The notes: generated by a model from the sequence alone, not told the origin. Shown: positions 10,716 to 23,907, numbered from the stretch's first letter. The stretch: DNA of 64,000 nt from Alphaproteobacteria bacterium (GCA_963555825.3 CAUVXB020000001.1:736001-800000), one strand, 5' to 3'. Translations and numbers: made by a program.

Positions 10716-11279
10716 ATGCTGGACGATGTCGTAAGCTTTGGCGCCATGGCCGATGGCACCCGCGAAGAGTATGAGTGGCTGCACACTATTTCGGACGCCA
10801 ATCCGGTGCCCGTCGCCGACAACGTGCTCGCGCTGCTCAAGGCGCTCGAGGGCCATAGCGACGGCTATCAAGTCGACCGGCTGGGGCATTCTTTGCAGGT
10901 CGCGACGCGCGCCTTCCGCGACGGCGCCGACGAGGAAATGCTCTGCGTCGCGCTGCTGCACGACATCGGCGATTTGCACGCGCCGGGCAACCATTCGGCC
11001 TTCGCGGCGGCGGTCCTTCGGCCCTACATCTCCGAGGAAAACCACTGGCTGGTGCTGCACCACGGCGTCTTCCAGGGCTACTACTACTTCCACCATTTCG
11101 ACATGGACCGCGACGCGCGCGAACGGTTCCGCGGCCATCCGACGTTCCAGAAGACCGCCGACTTCTGCGAGAACTGGGACCAACGCTCGTTCGACGGCTC
11201 GTACGACACCATGCCGCTCGAGGCCTTCGAGCCGATGGTCCACCGCCTGTTCGAGCACGTCACCAACATGGCGTACTGA
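10716..11279 (+). CDS. HD-domain metalloprotein (PhnZ/TmpB-like)
   Basis: HSLQ, ALLHDIGD, NH, HHGVFQGYYY, WDQ. Confidence 0.8.
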   Translation: MLDDVVSFGAMADGTREEYEWLHTISDANPVPVADNVLALLKALEGHSDGYQVDRLGHSLQVATRAFRDGADEEMLCVALLHDIGDLHAPGNHSAFAAAVLRPYISEENHWLVLHHGVFQGYYYFHHFDMDRDARERFRGHPTFQKTADFCENWDQRSFDGSYDTMPLEAFEPMVHRLFEHVTNMAY

Positions 11280-11285
11280 CGCCGA

Positions 11286-11786
11286 TCAGTCCTCGTCGGC
11301 CTCGTCGAGCGCCGCGTCCTCGACGCGGATGCGGTGCCATAGCATCGCCAGATTGAGCCCGCTGAAGACCAGCGCGATCCACCAGGCGCCGAAGATCAAT
11401 GGCACGACGGCGATCTCGGCGCAGACGATCAGATAATTCGGGTGCTTGACCCAGCGGTAGGGGCCGCGCGCGACGAGCGGCGCGCCGGGCAGCACGATGA
11501 TGCGCGTCGTCCATCGTTCGCCCAGCGCGGCAATGACCCAAACGCGGCCGGCTTGAAGGGCCAGGAAGACGGCGAGCAAGGGCAGGTTGGCGGGCGTCTC
11601 GGGCGCCACGGCCAGCATCATCGCGGCGAGCCAAGCGATATGCAGCGCGACGATCGCGGGGTAGTGCCCGGCGCCGGCCTCGACCGCGCCCCTGGCGCGC
11701 AGCCGCCGCGTGTTGCGCGTCGCCAGGGCGAGTTCGGCGAGTCTCTGCGCGGCGATGAAACCGACGATGGCGTAGAGCGCGCTCAC
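11286..11786 (-). CDS. ICMT-family methyltransferase (BpsB/SrsB-like)
   Basis: QRLAEL, WTTRIIV, GPYRWVKHPNY, RIRVED; start overlaps the PKS stop. Confidence 0.88.
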   Translation of the reverse strand: MSALYAIVGFIAAQRLAELALATRNTRRLRARGAVEAGAGHYPAIVALHIAWLAAMMLAVAPETPANLPLLAVFLALQAGRVWVIAALGERWTTRIIVLPGAPLVARGPYRWVKHPNYLIVCAEIAVVPLIFGAWWIALVFSGLNLAMLWHRIRVEDAALDEADED

Positions 11787-12829
11787 GCCCGTTCCAGCGT
11801 GAGAAAGGCGGCGCTGAAGCCCGGCCCGAGCGACGACAGCAGATAGCGTCCGGCGCCGCCCGCCGTCAGCGCGCGCTCGAGCACGAACAGAACCGTCGCC
11901 GCCGACATGTTGCCGTAGTCGCGTAGCACCGAACGGGTGTCCGTGAGACCGCCGTTCGGCAGGCCGAACACCGACTCGAGCGCGTCGATCACCTTGACGC
12001 CACCCGGGTGGCATACGAAACGGTCGATGTCGCCGAGCGCGAGGCCCTGGCGCGCCAGACAGCCCGTCGCGGCGCCACCCATCCGCTCGCGCACCAGCGC
12101 CGGGATGTCGCGCGAGAACTTCACACCCAAGCCGTCGTCGGCGACGTCCCAGCCCATCACGTCGAGCGTGCCGGGCCAACTGTACTCACCCCAGCCCGTC
12201 ACAGCCGGACCGTCGCCCGAACAGCTCACTATGCCGCCGGCCGCGCCGTCGCCGAACAAAGCGCTGGCGATGATGTTGCTCTTCGAGCGGTCGCCGCGCC
12301 GGAAGGTGAGGGCGCACAGCTCGACGACGAGGATCAGCACCCGGCTGCCAGGCGCCGAGCGAGCCAGCGCCGCGGCCCGCGCCAAGCCGAGCACGCCGCC
12401 CGCGCAGCCGAGACCGAAGATCGGCAGCCGCTCGACGTCGCGCCGGAAACCGATGCGCTCCATGAGCCGCGCATCGAGGCTCGGCGTGGCGATCCCGGTC
12501 GTCGAGACCGTGACGATCGAGTCGATATCGACCGGCGCGAGACCGGCGCGGGCGAGACATTCCTCGGCGACGCGTTCGAGCAGCGCGACGGCGTTGTCGA
12601 TGTACAGGCGATTGCGCTCGCCGAACCCATGGTCTTGCCGGTACCACTCGAACGGCACGCAGGAGTAACGCGTTTCGATCGCCGCGTTGCCGTAGACGCC
12701 GATCAGGCGGTCGAGATCGGCAAAGCCGCCGCCGAACAGCGATGCCGCCGAGGCCATGACCTCGCGTTGGTCGAGCCGATGGGGCGGGACGGCCGTCGCG
12801 AGCGAGAGGAGGCTGGGATGGGGCGGCAT
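11783..12829 (-). CDS. Type III polyketide synthase
   Basis: Cys-His-Asn triad: GLGCAGG, HPGG, GNMSAATV; LFGDGA, GPGF. Confidence 0.92.
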   Translation of the reverse strand: MPPHPSLLSLATAVPPHRLDQREVMASAASLFGGGFADLDRLIGVYGNAAIETRYSCVPFEWYRQDHGFGERNRLYIDNAVALLERVAEECLARAGLAPVDIDSIVTVSTTGIATPSLDARLMERIGFRRDVERLPIFGLGCAGGVLGLARAAALARSAPGSRVLILVVELCALTFRRGDRSKSNIIASALFGDGAAGGIVSCSGDGPAVTGWGEYSWPGTLDVMGWDVADDGLGVKFSRDIPALVRERMGGAATGCLARQGLALGDIDRFVCHPGGVKVIDALESVFGLPNGGLTDTRSVLRDYGNMSAATVLFVLERALTAGGAGRYLLSSLGPGFSAAFLTLERA

Positions 12830-13014
12830 TCCTTGTAGATGGCCGCGCGGCGGCACCTCGTGACATGATTTCGACTAAATTAGACCATAGAACCAATAAC
12901 CGATTCGGCAAATCGAGAGCGCGAAAGGCGCCTGGCTTGTCTTGCAAGTGAGTCGGACCCGATTTCCTTGGACACAGAATTGGCTTAATCGAAGTGTCCA
13001 AGGAGGACCGGAAC

Positions 13015-13425
13015 ATGACCGACAATTTTGAGAACAAAGTTGCTGTTGATGGGCCTGTGGTAAACGAGGGCGAGCTTGGCTCGTCCACGTTTTCCCCGGG
13101 CCAGGTTTCGCCGGCAGGCCCGCTGGGACTTGGCCAGCGGTGGACGGTGACGCGCAAGCGTGAGGTTGCCCTGCGGCTTTTGCGTGGCGAGCCGGTGGAA
13201 CTTTTGTCGCGGCAGTTGGGCGTGGAGATTTTCCGGCTCGAGCAGTGGCGTGAGAAGGCGATCGCCGGGATCGATGCCTCGCTCAAGGAACGCAAGGGCG
13301 ATCCGGTGAAGGCGGAACTGGACATCGCCATGAAGCGGATCGGGGAGTTGATCATGCAGGTGGAACTGCTGGAGGCCAAGACGGAGACGTCCGGCCCTTT
13401 GGGGCGGCGGAGGTCGCGGCGATGA
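13015..13425 (+). CDS. Transposase OrfA (HTH)
   Basis: RWTVTRKREVALRLLRGE; AGGAGG RBS. Confidence 0.85.
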   Translation: MTDNFENKVAVDGPVVNEGELGSSTFSPGQVSPAGPLGLGQRWTVTRKREVALRLLRGEPVELLSRQLGVEIFRLEQWREKAIAGIDASLKERKGDPVKAELDIAMKRIGELIMQVELLEAKTETSGPLGRRRSRR

Positions 13426-14333
13426 GTGCCGCCACCTCTCCCGGCACGGGTTTGGCCTACGGCCTCCAGCGGGTCTGTGCGGCCTGGGGTTTTGCCCGTT
13501 CCTCGTTCTACGCCATGAAATCCCGGCAGCAGGCCACCGCTGAGCGCCCACCAGCAAAGCGCCGGGGACCGAAGCCCTCGATCTCGGACGAGGCTCTGCT
13601 GGTGGCCATCGAGGCCGACCTGGAGGCATCCCCCTGGGAGGGCGAGGGACACCGCAAGGTCTGGGCTCGGCTTCGGGTCTGTCGTGGCATCCGTGTTTCC
13701 CGCAAGCGGGGGCTCCGGGTGATGCGCGAGAACAACCTGCTCTCGCCCCATCGCTGCCGCCGCCGTGGCGGAAATCCCCATGTCGGTGAGATCATCACCC
13801 ATGCCCCCAACCTCATGTGGGGCACGGACGGCGTTCGGGTGTTCACGGTGGACGACGGCTGGGGCTGGATATTCACCGCCATCGAGCATTGGAACGCCGA
13901 GTGCGTCGGCTGGCATGTGTGCAAGCGAGGCGACCGCTTCGCCGCCCTTCAGCCGATCTCCATGGGGCTTGCGAGGCTGTATGCCTCGACCTCCGCCGGT
14001 GCGGCGCGGGGGCTGGCCTTGCGGATGGATCACGGCTCCCAGTATCTGTCGGACCACTTCACCAACCAGATCAAGTTCTGGGGCATCCAGCCGTCCTACG
14101 CCTTCGTCGAACAGCCCCAGACCAACGGCGTCGCCGAGAGGTTCAATCGCACGCTCAAGGAACAGATCATCCATGGCCGCATCTACCGCAACATCGCGGA
14201 GCTGCGGAACGCCGTCCGCGGGTTCGTCGAACAGTACAATGCCCAGTGGATCGTGGAGAAGAACGGCTACCTGAGCCCCGCTCAAGCTCGTCAGGCGTGG
14301 CACACCGCGATGTCACTCAGGCCCGCCGCATGA
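13422..14333 (+). CDS. Transposase OrfB (rve/DDE)
   Basis: WGTD, DHGSQY, PQTNGVAERFNRTLKE. Confidence 0.9.
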   Translation: MSAATSPGTGLAYGLQRVCAAWGFARSSFYAMKSRQQATAERPPAKRRGPKPSISDEALLVAIEADLEASPWEGEGHRKVWARLRVCRGIRVSRKRGLRVMRENNLLSPHRCRRRGGNPHVGEIITHAPNLMWGTDGVRVFTVDDGWGWIFTAIEHWNAECVGWHVCKRGDRFAALQPISMGLARLYASTSAGAARGLALRMDHGSQYLSDHFTNQIKFWGIQPSYAFVEQPQTNGVAERFNRTLKEQIIHGRIYRNIAELRNAVRGFVEQYNAQWIVEKNGYLSPAQARQAWHTAMSLRPAA

Positions 14334-14459
14334 GACAAACTTGTGTCCAAGGAACCGGGTGCGATACAGCTTGTCTTGCAAGCGATCTCGCGAACACGCA
14401 TATTGGCTTAGCATGAGACAGCAGCGACCAAATCGGGAGGCGGGAGATTCGACGACGTT

Positions 14460-15227
14460 ATGAACGAAGACACAGGCAACAATCCGGGAGCCGCGAAACC
14501 GGGACCGAACCCGGGGATAGCGCCCAAGCTTTCGCTGGCTGCGAAACTCAGGAACTATTTCCTCGCCGGCATCATCGTGACGGCGCCGGTCGTCATCACG
14601 ATCTATGTCTCGTGGCAGTTCTTCGACTACGTCGACCAGAACTTCAAGGCGCTCATTCCGCCGCAGTACAATCCCGAGACATACCTGCCGTTCAGCCTGC
14701 CAGGTCTCGGCTTGCTCGTCATGTTCGTGCTCATCACGGCGATCGGCGCACTTGCCGCGGGCTTCATTGGCCGAACGCTGGTGCGCACCGGCGAGCGCAT
14801 CATGGCGCGCATGCCGATCGTGCGGAACATTTACAGCGCCCTCAAACAGATCTTCGAGACCGTCTTCGCCGACAAGTCGAAGGCGTTCCGCGAGGTCGTG
14901 CTGATCGAATACCCGAGGAAGGGGAGCTGGGCGCTCGGCTTCGCCACCGGCGCGACCACGGGTGAGGTGCAGCACGTCATCGATGACGAGGTGGTCAACG
15001 TCTTCCTGCCGACCACGCCGAACCCGACGTCGGGCTACCTCCTGTTCCTGCCGCGGCGCGACGTCACGTTCCTCACCATGAACATTGAGGACGGCATAAA
15101 AATGGTTATCTCGGGCGGCGTCGTGACGCCACCCGATAGCCGGCCGGAAGCAGAACAGCACACGCCCCGCATCCATTGCGATCCGGAGCCACCCGCCGCC
15201 TTGCCGGGCGACGGCACCCACGGCTGA
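14460..15227 (+). CDS. DUF502 membrane protein
   Basis: RNYFLAG, IEYPRKG, VFLPTTPNPTSGYL. Confidence 0.9.
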   Translation: MNEDTGNNPGAAKPGPNPGIAPKLSLAAKLRNYFLAGIIVTAPVVITIYVSWQFFDYVDQNFKALIPPQYNPETYLPFSLPGLGLLVMFVLITAIGALAAGFIGRTLVRTGERIMARMPIVRNIYSALKQIFETVFADKSKAFREVVLIEYPRKGSWALGFATGATTGEVQHVIDDEVVNVFLPTTPNPTSGYLLFLPRRDVTFLTMNIEDGIKMVISGGVVTPPDSRPEAEQHTPRIHCDPEPPAALPGDGTHG

Positions 15228-15359
15228 GCAAATTCCAATCGTTTGAATTTGGTTGGATGCTACCAGCCTGCGCCAACCTTAATGGGACAAGAGGGCAGGC
15301 CGCCGACCGTTCGGCGAGATTTGATCCCATAAGATTGGCATGCGCGGCGATTGACCGCA
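15228..15359. repeat. Dispersed intergenic repeat, copy A (inverted relative to 56435-56585)
   Basis: Shares CCAGCCTGCGCCAA, GGCCGCCGACCGTTCGGC and AAGATTGGCATGCG-GGCGATTGA with the reverse complement of copy B. Confidence 0.8.
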
Positions 15360-15366
15360 CAAAAAA

Positions 15367-17448
15367 CTACCCCGAGCGCAGGAACTTCACGGCGGCATCG
15401 CGTTCGAACAAATAAAGCAGCGTCCTGAGCGCCTCGCCGCGTTTGCCGGTGAGTTCGGGATCGCGCTCGAGCACTAGTTTGGCGTCATCACGCGCCGCGG
15501 CCAGCAGATCGCCATGGATCGTGAGGTCGGCCAGGCGGAAATTCGGCATGCCGCTCTGGCGCGTGCCCAACAACTCGCCGGCGCCGCGTAGCCGCAGGTC
15601 CTCTTCCGCGATACGGAAGCCGTCGTCGGTCTCGCGCATGATCTGGATGCGCGCCCGCGCCGTTTCGCCGAGCGGTTGGGCGTAGAGCAGCAGGCAGGTC
15701 GAGGACTGCACGCCGCGGCCGATGCGGCCGCGCAGTTGGTGCAGCTGGGCGAGGCCGAAGCGCTCGGCGTGCTCGATCACCATGACGGTGGCCTCGGACA
15801 CGTCGATGCCGACCTCGATGACCGTCGTTGCGACCAGGAGATCGACCGAACCGGTGGCGAAGGCGGCCATCGCGGCGTCCTTCTCGGCGCCCTTCATGCG
15901 GCCGTGGACCAGCCCGACACGCGCGCCGAAGATCGCCTTGAGCTCGGCCTCGCGGTCGACCACCGCGGCGAGATCGAGGGTCTCGGATTCCTCGACCATA
16001 GGGCAGACCCAGAAAATTTTAGCGCCTTCCTCCATCGCGCGGCGCACCGCGCCGACCACGTCGTCGAAGCGCGACAGCGGCAGGGCGCGTGTCTCAATCG
16101 GCAGACGGCCGGCGGGTTTCTCGGTAAGCCGTGATACCTCCATATCGCCATACGCGGTGAGCGTCAGCGTGCGCGGGATCGGCGTCGCCGTCATAACCAG
16201 CATATGCACGCCATCGCCCTTGGCGCCGAGCGTCAGCCGCTGATGCACGCCGAAACGGTGCTGCTCGTCGACCACCGCGACGCGCAGGTCGGCGAATTCG
16301 ACGCTTTCCTGGAACAGCGCGTGGGTGCCGACCAAGATGTCGATCACGCCCGCGGCGGCATCGGCAAGCAGCGCGTCGCGCGTCTTGCCCTTGTCGCGCC
16401 CGGTCAATACCGCGCAACGGATGCCGATCGCCTCGGCCAGCGGCCCGAGCACGGCGGCGTGCTGGCGCGCGAGGATCTCCGTCGGCGCCATCAAGGCGCC
16501 CTGGCCGCCGGCCTCGACCGCGACCAGCATGGCGTAGAGCGCGACCACGGTCTTGCCGCTGCCGACGTCGCCTTGCAACAGGCGCAGCATGCGCCCGGCG
16601 CCCGCCATGTCGGCGGTGATCTCGTCGATCGAGCGACGTTGCGATGACGTCAGCCGGTAGGGCAGGGCCTCGGTAAGCCGCTCGCGCAGCCGGCCGTCGC
16701 CGCTCAGCGCGCGGCCCGGCAGGCGCTTCTGATGGGCGCGCACCAGCGCGAGCGCAAGCTGGTTGGCCAGCAACTCGTCATAGGCGAGGCGGTTGCGCTG
16801 CGAATGGCCAGGGTCAAGCGCGGCCTCGTCGGCGGGCGCATGCGCGCCGTAAAGCGCGCTGTGCCAGTCGGTCCACTTCTGTTGCTTGAGGAACGCGGCG
16901 TCGAGCCATTCGCCGAGTTTGGGCGCACGCGCCAGCGCCCCGCGGATCGCCCTGGTGAGCGGCTTGTGGGTCAGGCCTTCGGTCAGCGGATAGACCGGCT
17001 CGACGGTCTTGACCCCGGCGATGTCGGAGAGCGGTGCGATATGGTCCGGATGCGGCATCTGAATATGGCCGCCGAATTGTTCGACACGCCCCGATATCAC
17101 CCGGGTTTCCCCCTCGGGCAGGATCTTGCGCAAATAATCCTCGCGCGCGTGGAAGAAGACCAACTCGATCGTGCCGGTCTCGTCCGAGCAGAACACCTTG
17201 TAAGGCTGGCGCTTGACGCGCGGCGGATGGTGCGCCCCGACCGTTACCGTAATCGTCGCGATGCGGTCGGCCGGCGCCTCGGCGATATTTGGCGCGAAAC
17301 GGCGGTCGATCAGGCCGGTCGGCAGGTGCCACAGCAGATCGACGACACGCGGCCCGGCGAGCTTGGCGATAAGCTTGCCGAGGCGTGGCCCGACGCCCGG
17401 AAGCGCCGTAATCTCGGCAAACAGGGGAAACAGCACATCGGGCCGCAT
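15367..17448 (-). CDS. recG: ATP-dependent DNA helicase RecG
   Basis: LQGDVGSGKT, DEQHRFGV, MTATPIPR, QLRGRIGRG, GTRQSG. Confidence 0.97.
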   Translation of the reverse strand: MRPDVLFPLFAEITALPGVGPRLGKLIAKLAGPRVVDLLWHLPTGLIDRRFAPNIAEAPADRIATITVTVGAHHPPRVKRQPYKVFCSDETGTIELVFFHAREDYLRKILPEGETRVISGRVEQFGGHIQMPHPDHIAPLSDIAGVKTVEPVYPLTEGLTHKPLTRAIRGALARAPKLGEWLDAAFLKQQKWTDWHSALYGAHAPADEAALDPGHSQRNRLAYDELLANQLALALVRAHQKRLPGRALSGDGRLRERLTEALPYRLTSSQRRSIDEITADMAGAGRMLRLLQGDVGSGKTVVALYAMLVAVEAGGQGALMAPTEILARQHAAVLGPLAEAIGIRCAVLTGRDKGKTRDALLADAAAGVIDILVGTHALFQESVEFADLRVAVVDEQHRFGVHQRLTLGAKGDGVHMLVMTATPIPRTLTLTAYGDMEVSRLTEKPAGRLPIETRALPLSRFDDVVGAVRRAMEEGAKIFWVCPMVEESETLDLAAVVDREAELKAIFGARVGLVHGRMKGAEKDAAMAAFATGSVDLLVATTVIEVGIDVSEATVMVIEHAERFGLAQLHQLRGRIGRGVQSSTCLLLYAQPLGETARARIQIMRETDDGFRIAEEDLRLRGAGELLGTRQSGMPNFRLADLTIHGDLLAAARDDAKLVLERDPELTGKRGEALRTLLYLFERDAAVKFLRSG

Positions 17449-17517
17449 GGGCATCCTCGGCGGGGGCTGACAGCCTATCGGTGACAGCTTATAAGCTATT
17501 CGCGATTGGAGACAGCC

Positions 17518-17784
17518 ATGGGCGAAACGATCGAAGTCCGGCGCAAGCGGCTGCGCTATCAAAGCTGCCACCGCGGCACCAAGGAGATCGACCTCATGCT
17601 GGGTCGCTTCGCCGACACGATGCTTGCCCAGCTGACGGCCGAGCAGCTCGATCGCTATGAGACATTGCTCGCCAACCCCGATCCCGATATCTACCAATGG
17701 ATCAGCGGCGGCGAGGTGGTGCCCGACGCGTTCGACAGCGACGTGATAAAGATGTTGAAGAACTTTAAGTATCAGGCATTGTAA
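17518..17784 (+). CDS. sdhE: Succinate dehydrogenase flavinylation factor
   Basis: RKRLRYQSCHRGTKEIDL motif; recG-sdhE-mfd context. Confidence 0.92.
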   Translation: MGETIEVRRKRLRYQSCHRGTKEIDLMLGRFADTMLAQLTAEQLDRYETLLANPDPDIYQWISGGEVVPDAFDSDVIKMLKNFKYQAL

Positions 17785-17863
17785 GCTGAATTTACTGAAA
17801 AAATTACTGTCTAGCCCAGGTTCGTTCGTAATCTCGGACGCGCCCGGGGGCTACGACGCCCTG

Positions 17864-21286
<3,423 letters not shown>

Positions 21287-21375
21287 ATGCGGCTTGTCGA
21301 CTCGTGGTATGATCTCCCCAGTCGGTAGCTTTCTTCCAGTGATCTCGGCAACACCCAAGCGAGGGAGGAGTTAGC

Positions 21376-21705
21376 ATGGCGTTCTTTATGATCAGAGCCA
21401 GTTTCAGCGTTGCGTCTTGGAAAGCGCTGGTGGCCAACCCGCAGGATCGGAGCATCGCGGTTGGCGAGCTCTGCGAGCAGCACGGCTGCACGCTTCATCA
21501 CTATTTCTTCGCATTCGGCGAACACGATGTCGTCGCCATCGTGGAGGCGCCTGACGACAAGACCGCCATGGCGTTCGCCATGGGCGTGGCGTCGAGCGGC
21601 GCGGTCACGGCCGTGCAGACGACCGTGCTCGTGCCCGCCAGCGAAGCCGTGGATATAATGCGCAGTGCCGGCGAAATCGCCGGCACCTATAAGCCGCCCG
21701 GTTAG
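21376..21705 (+). CDS. GYD-domain protein
   Basis: YFFAFGEHDVVAIVEAPD; GGAGGAG RBS. Confidence 0.85.
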   Translation: MAFFMIRASFSVASWKALVANPQDRSIAVGELCEQHGCTLHHYFFAFGEHDVVAIVEAPDDKTAMAFAMGVASSGAVTAVQTTVLVPASEAVDIMRSAGEIAGTYKPPG

Positions 21706-21725
21706 GGCTAAGGCCTGGGCGCCGC

Positions 21726-23114
21726 TCAGGGTGGCCAGACGGGGTCGTGCGAGCCAAGCGGCATTGAGGGCCGCGCCCAACCGGCGGGTGTTTCCGAAAG
21801 CCGCGCGGCATGCCTGACCGAGGTCAGGCGCCCGAAGCCCGAGTCGTGGTCCTCGACCAAGTCGGGGATGTCTTCGAGCGTAGTCTCGGCGCGGTCGAGA
21901 CCGCCCTCGACCCGCCCGAGGTCCTGGAACCAGCGCGCCGTCCGGGCCAGGGCGACGCGCACGTGCCAGCTTCCACCCTCGGTCACGCGGCGGGCGAGCG
22001 CCACCGTGGCGGCGAACGCCATGAGATAGCCGGACGCGTGGTCGAGTGCCTGGCAGGGCAGCGCCTTGGGGCGGTCGACACCGGCGGCGGTGGCCTCGGC
22101 GTGGTTGATGCCGCACGCCGTCTGGACCAGCGAGTCGAAGCCGCGCCGGTCCGACCACGGACCCGCGTGGCCGTACGCCGAAAGCGAGACGGTGACGATC
22201 CCGGGGCGAAGCGCGGCACAGGCCTCGGGTGAAAACCCCCAACCATCCATCGCGCCCGGCCGATAACCTTGCACGAACACGTCGGCCTCGGCGAGCAGAC
22301 CGCGCAGGGTTTGCCTGCCGTCTTCGGCGCGCAGATCGATATGCGTCGATAGTTTGCCGCGACCGGCGTCGATGACCAGCGGCGCCATGAAGGGCAGGTG
22401 GGGAGCCGTCACGCGCATGACGTCGGCACCGTGTGCCGCGAGCGTGCGACCGCAAACCGGGCCGGCGATGACACGCGTCAGGTCGAGCACGCGGACGCCG
22501 TCGAGTGGCCGCTCGCTGGGCGGCAAGGCGTCGGGTGGCGCGTCGCCGATCTTCTCGATCGTGAACAGCGGCAGCGCGGCGAGCGCCTGTCCCTGCGGGT
22601 GCGCGGCCCATTCCTCCGGCGCGCGCATCATGGTCGCGACGAGGCCGCGCCCGGCGGCCGCCGTCTCGAACGCCTCGCCCGTCCAGTCCCCCAGCGCGCG
22701 CTTAACGTCGTCTCGGTTGTATTCGCATTGCAAGAGGTCGAGGATGCCGGCGCGGTGATGCGGAAAGTTGGTGTGGATGCGCAGCCAGCGCCGGTCGCCC
22801 GCCCGGTAGACACCGGCGATGTCGTCCCACAGTTCGGGCGGCGGCCCGCCATCGACCCGCAGATAGCGTTCGCTGCGGAACTCGACCGCCGCGTGCCGCA
22901 TGTCGAGCGCGACGCCCTGGCGCCGGCCGCCGCGCAACCGCCACAACTCGGCAGCGGCCAGCGCCGACGCGGCGATCGTCGCCTGCGCGGCGGCGCCAAC
23001 GCGAAACGACGACGGCAGAACGGGATCGGCGCCGGTCAGCGTGACGTCGTCGAGCGCCGCCGGCGGGCATGCGGCCAATGACCAGATATCGGTAAGAACG
23101 TCGCTAACGCTCAA
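21726..23114 (-). CDS. Family III CoA transferase (CaiB/BaiF)
   Basis: VRVLDLTRVIAGP, DVFVQGYRPG, RRGFDSLVQ. Confidence 0.9.
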   Translation of the reverse strand: MSVSDVLTDIWSLAACPPAALDDVTLTGADPVLPSSFRVGAAAQATIAASALAAAELWRLRGGRRQGVALDMRHAAVEFRSERYLRVDGGPPPELWDDIAGVYRAGDRRWLRIHTNFPHHRAGILDLLQCEYNRDDVKRALGDWTGEAFETAAAGRGLVATMMRAPEEWAAHPQGQALAALPLFTIEKIGDAPPDALPPSERPLDGVRVLDLTRVIAGPVCGRTLAAHGADVMRVTAPHLPFMAPLVIDAGRGKLSTHIDLRAEDGRQTLRGLLAEADVFVQGYRPGAMDGWGFSPEACAALRPGIVTVSLSAYGHAGPWSDRRGFDSLVQTACGINHAEATAAGVDRPKALPCQALDHASGYLMAFAATVALARRVTEGGSWHVRVALARTARWFQDLGRVEGGLDRAETTLEDIPDLVEDHDSGFGRLTSVRHAARLSETPAGWARPSMPLGSHDPVWPP

Positions 23115-23141
23115 GGATTTGTCCGGGCGTTATACCAAGGA

Positions 23142-23780
23142 TTATTCTGCGGCGTCGGCGTTGCCGATGGTTTCGAAGACGCGCAGGAAGACCTCGGGGG
23201 TCTGCGCGCCCGAGATCGCGTAATGCCGGTCGACGATGAAGCTGGGCACGCCGGTCACGCCCATGCGGCGCGCGCCGAGGTCCTCGATCTGTACCGCGTC
23301 GAGCCCGTCGCCCGAGGCGAGATAGGCGCGCGCCTCGTCGGCGTCGAGCCCGGCGTCGGCGGCGGCCTCGGCGAGCCTTTCCCGGCTGCCGACATCGACG
23401 CCTTCTTCGAAGTAACGGCGGAACAGCACCTCGACGAGTTCGTCCTGCTTGCCTTTCTCGCCGGCGAAGCGGATCAAGCGATGGGCGTCGATCGTGTTGG
23501 GCGTGCGCTGGATGCGCTCGAACCGGAAGTCGATCTTCTCGTCGGCGCCGGCCTCGGTGATCGCCGCGTAGATCTGCTGGGCCTGCTCGGCCGAGCCAAA
23601 CTTGGCCGCGAGATAGCTCTCGCGCTCCATGCCGCCGGGCGGCATATCCGGATTGAGCTGAAAGGCCCACCAATTGATGTCGACCGCAAGGTTCGGGCAT
23701 TGTGCGAGCGCGCGCTCGAGACGGCGCTTGCCGATATAGCACCAGGGGCAGACCACGTCGGATATGATGTCGATCTTCAC
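23142..23780 (-). CDS. DsbA/FrnE-family oxidoreductase
   Basis: SDVVCPWCYIG, GVPSF, GAQ. Confidence 0.92.
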   Translation of the reverse strand: MKIDIISDVVCPWCYIGKRRLERALAQCPNLAVDINWWAFQLNPDMPPGGMERESYLAAKFGSAEQAQQIYAAITEAGADEKIDFRFERIQRTPNTIDAHRLIRFAGEKGKQDELVEVLFRRYFEEGVDVGSRERLAEAAADAGLDADEARAYLASGDGLDAVQIEDLGARRMGVTGVPSFIVDRHYAISGAQTPEVFLRVFETIGNADAAE

Positions 23781-23907
23781 GGGCCTAAGTATATACCAAG
23801 GATCGCCATCGCAAAGCCCGGCACGGCGCCGTCATCCTTGACGGCGCGGGACGCGCGGATGACGATAGGCGCGCCCAGGAATGGCCGGGATGTGGGTTAT
23901 CGAAAAT

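Larger units (their letters stand above)
12949..14368 (+). mobile_element. IS3/IS481-related two-ORF insertion sequence
   Basis: IRs TGAGTCGGACCCGATTTCCTTGGACACA / TGTGTCCAAGGAACCGGGTGCGATACA; 14-bp flanking direct repeat GCTTGTCTTGCAAG. Confidence 0.88.

Noticed and set aside
12186-14303. Long antisense or alternate-frame ORFs (e.g. 705 aa here; also 20752-22611, 23785-25608, and 58528-60642 beyond the SRPBCC part)
   Set aside because: Shadow ORFs of real genes in high-GC DNA; Arg/Pro-rich with no family motifs.
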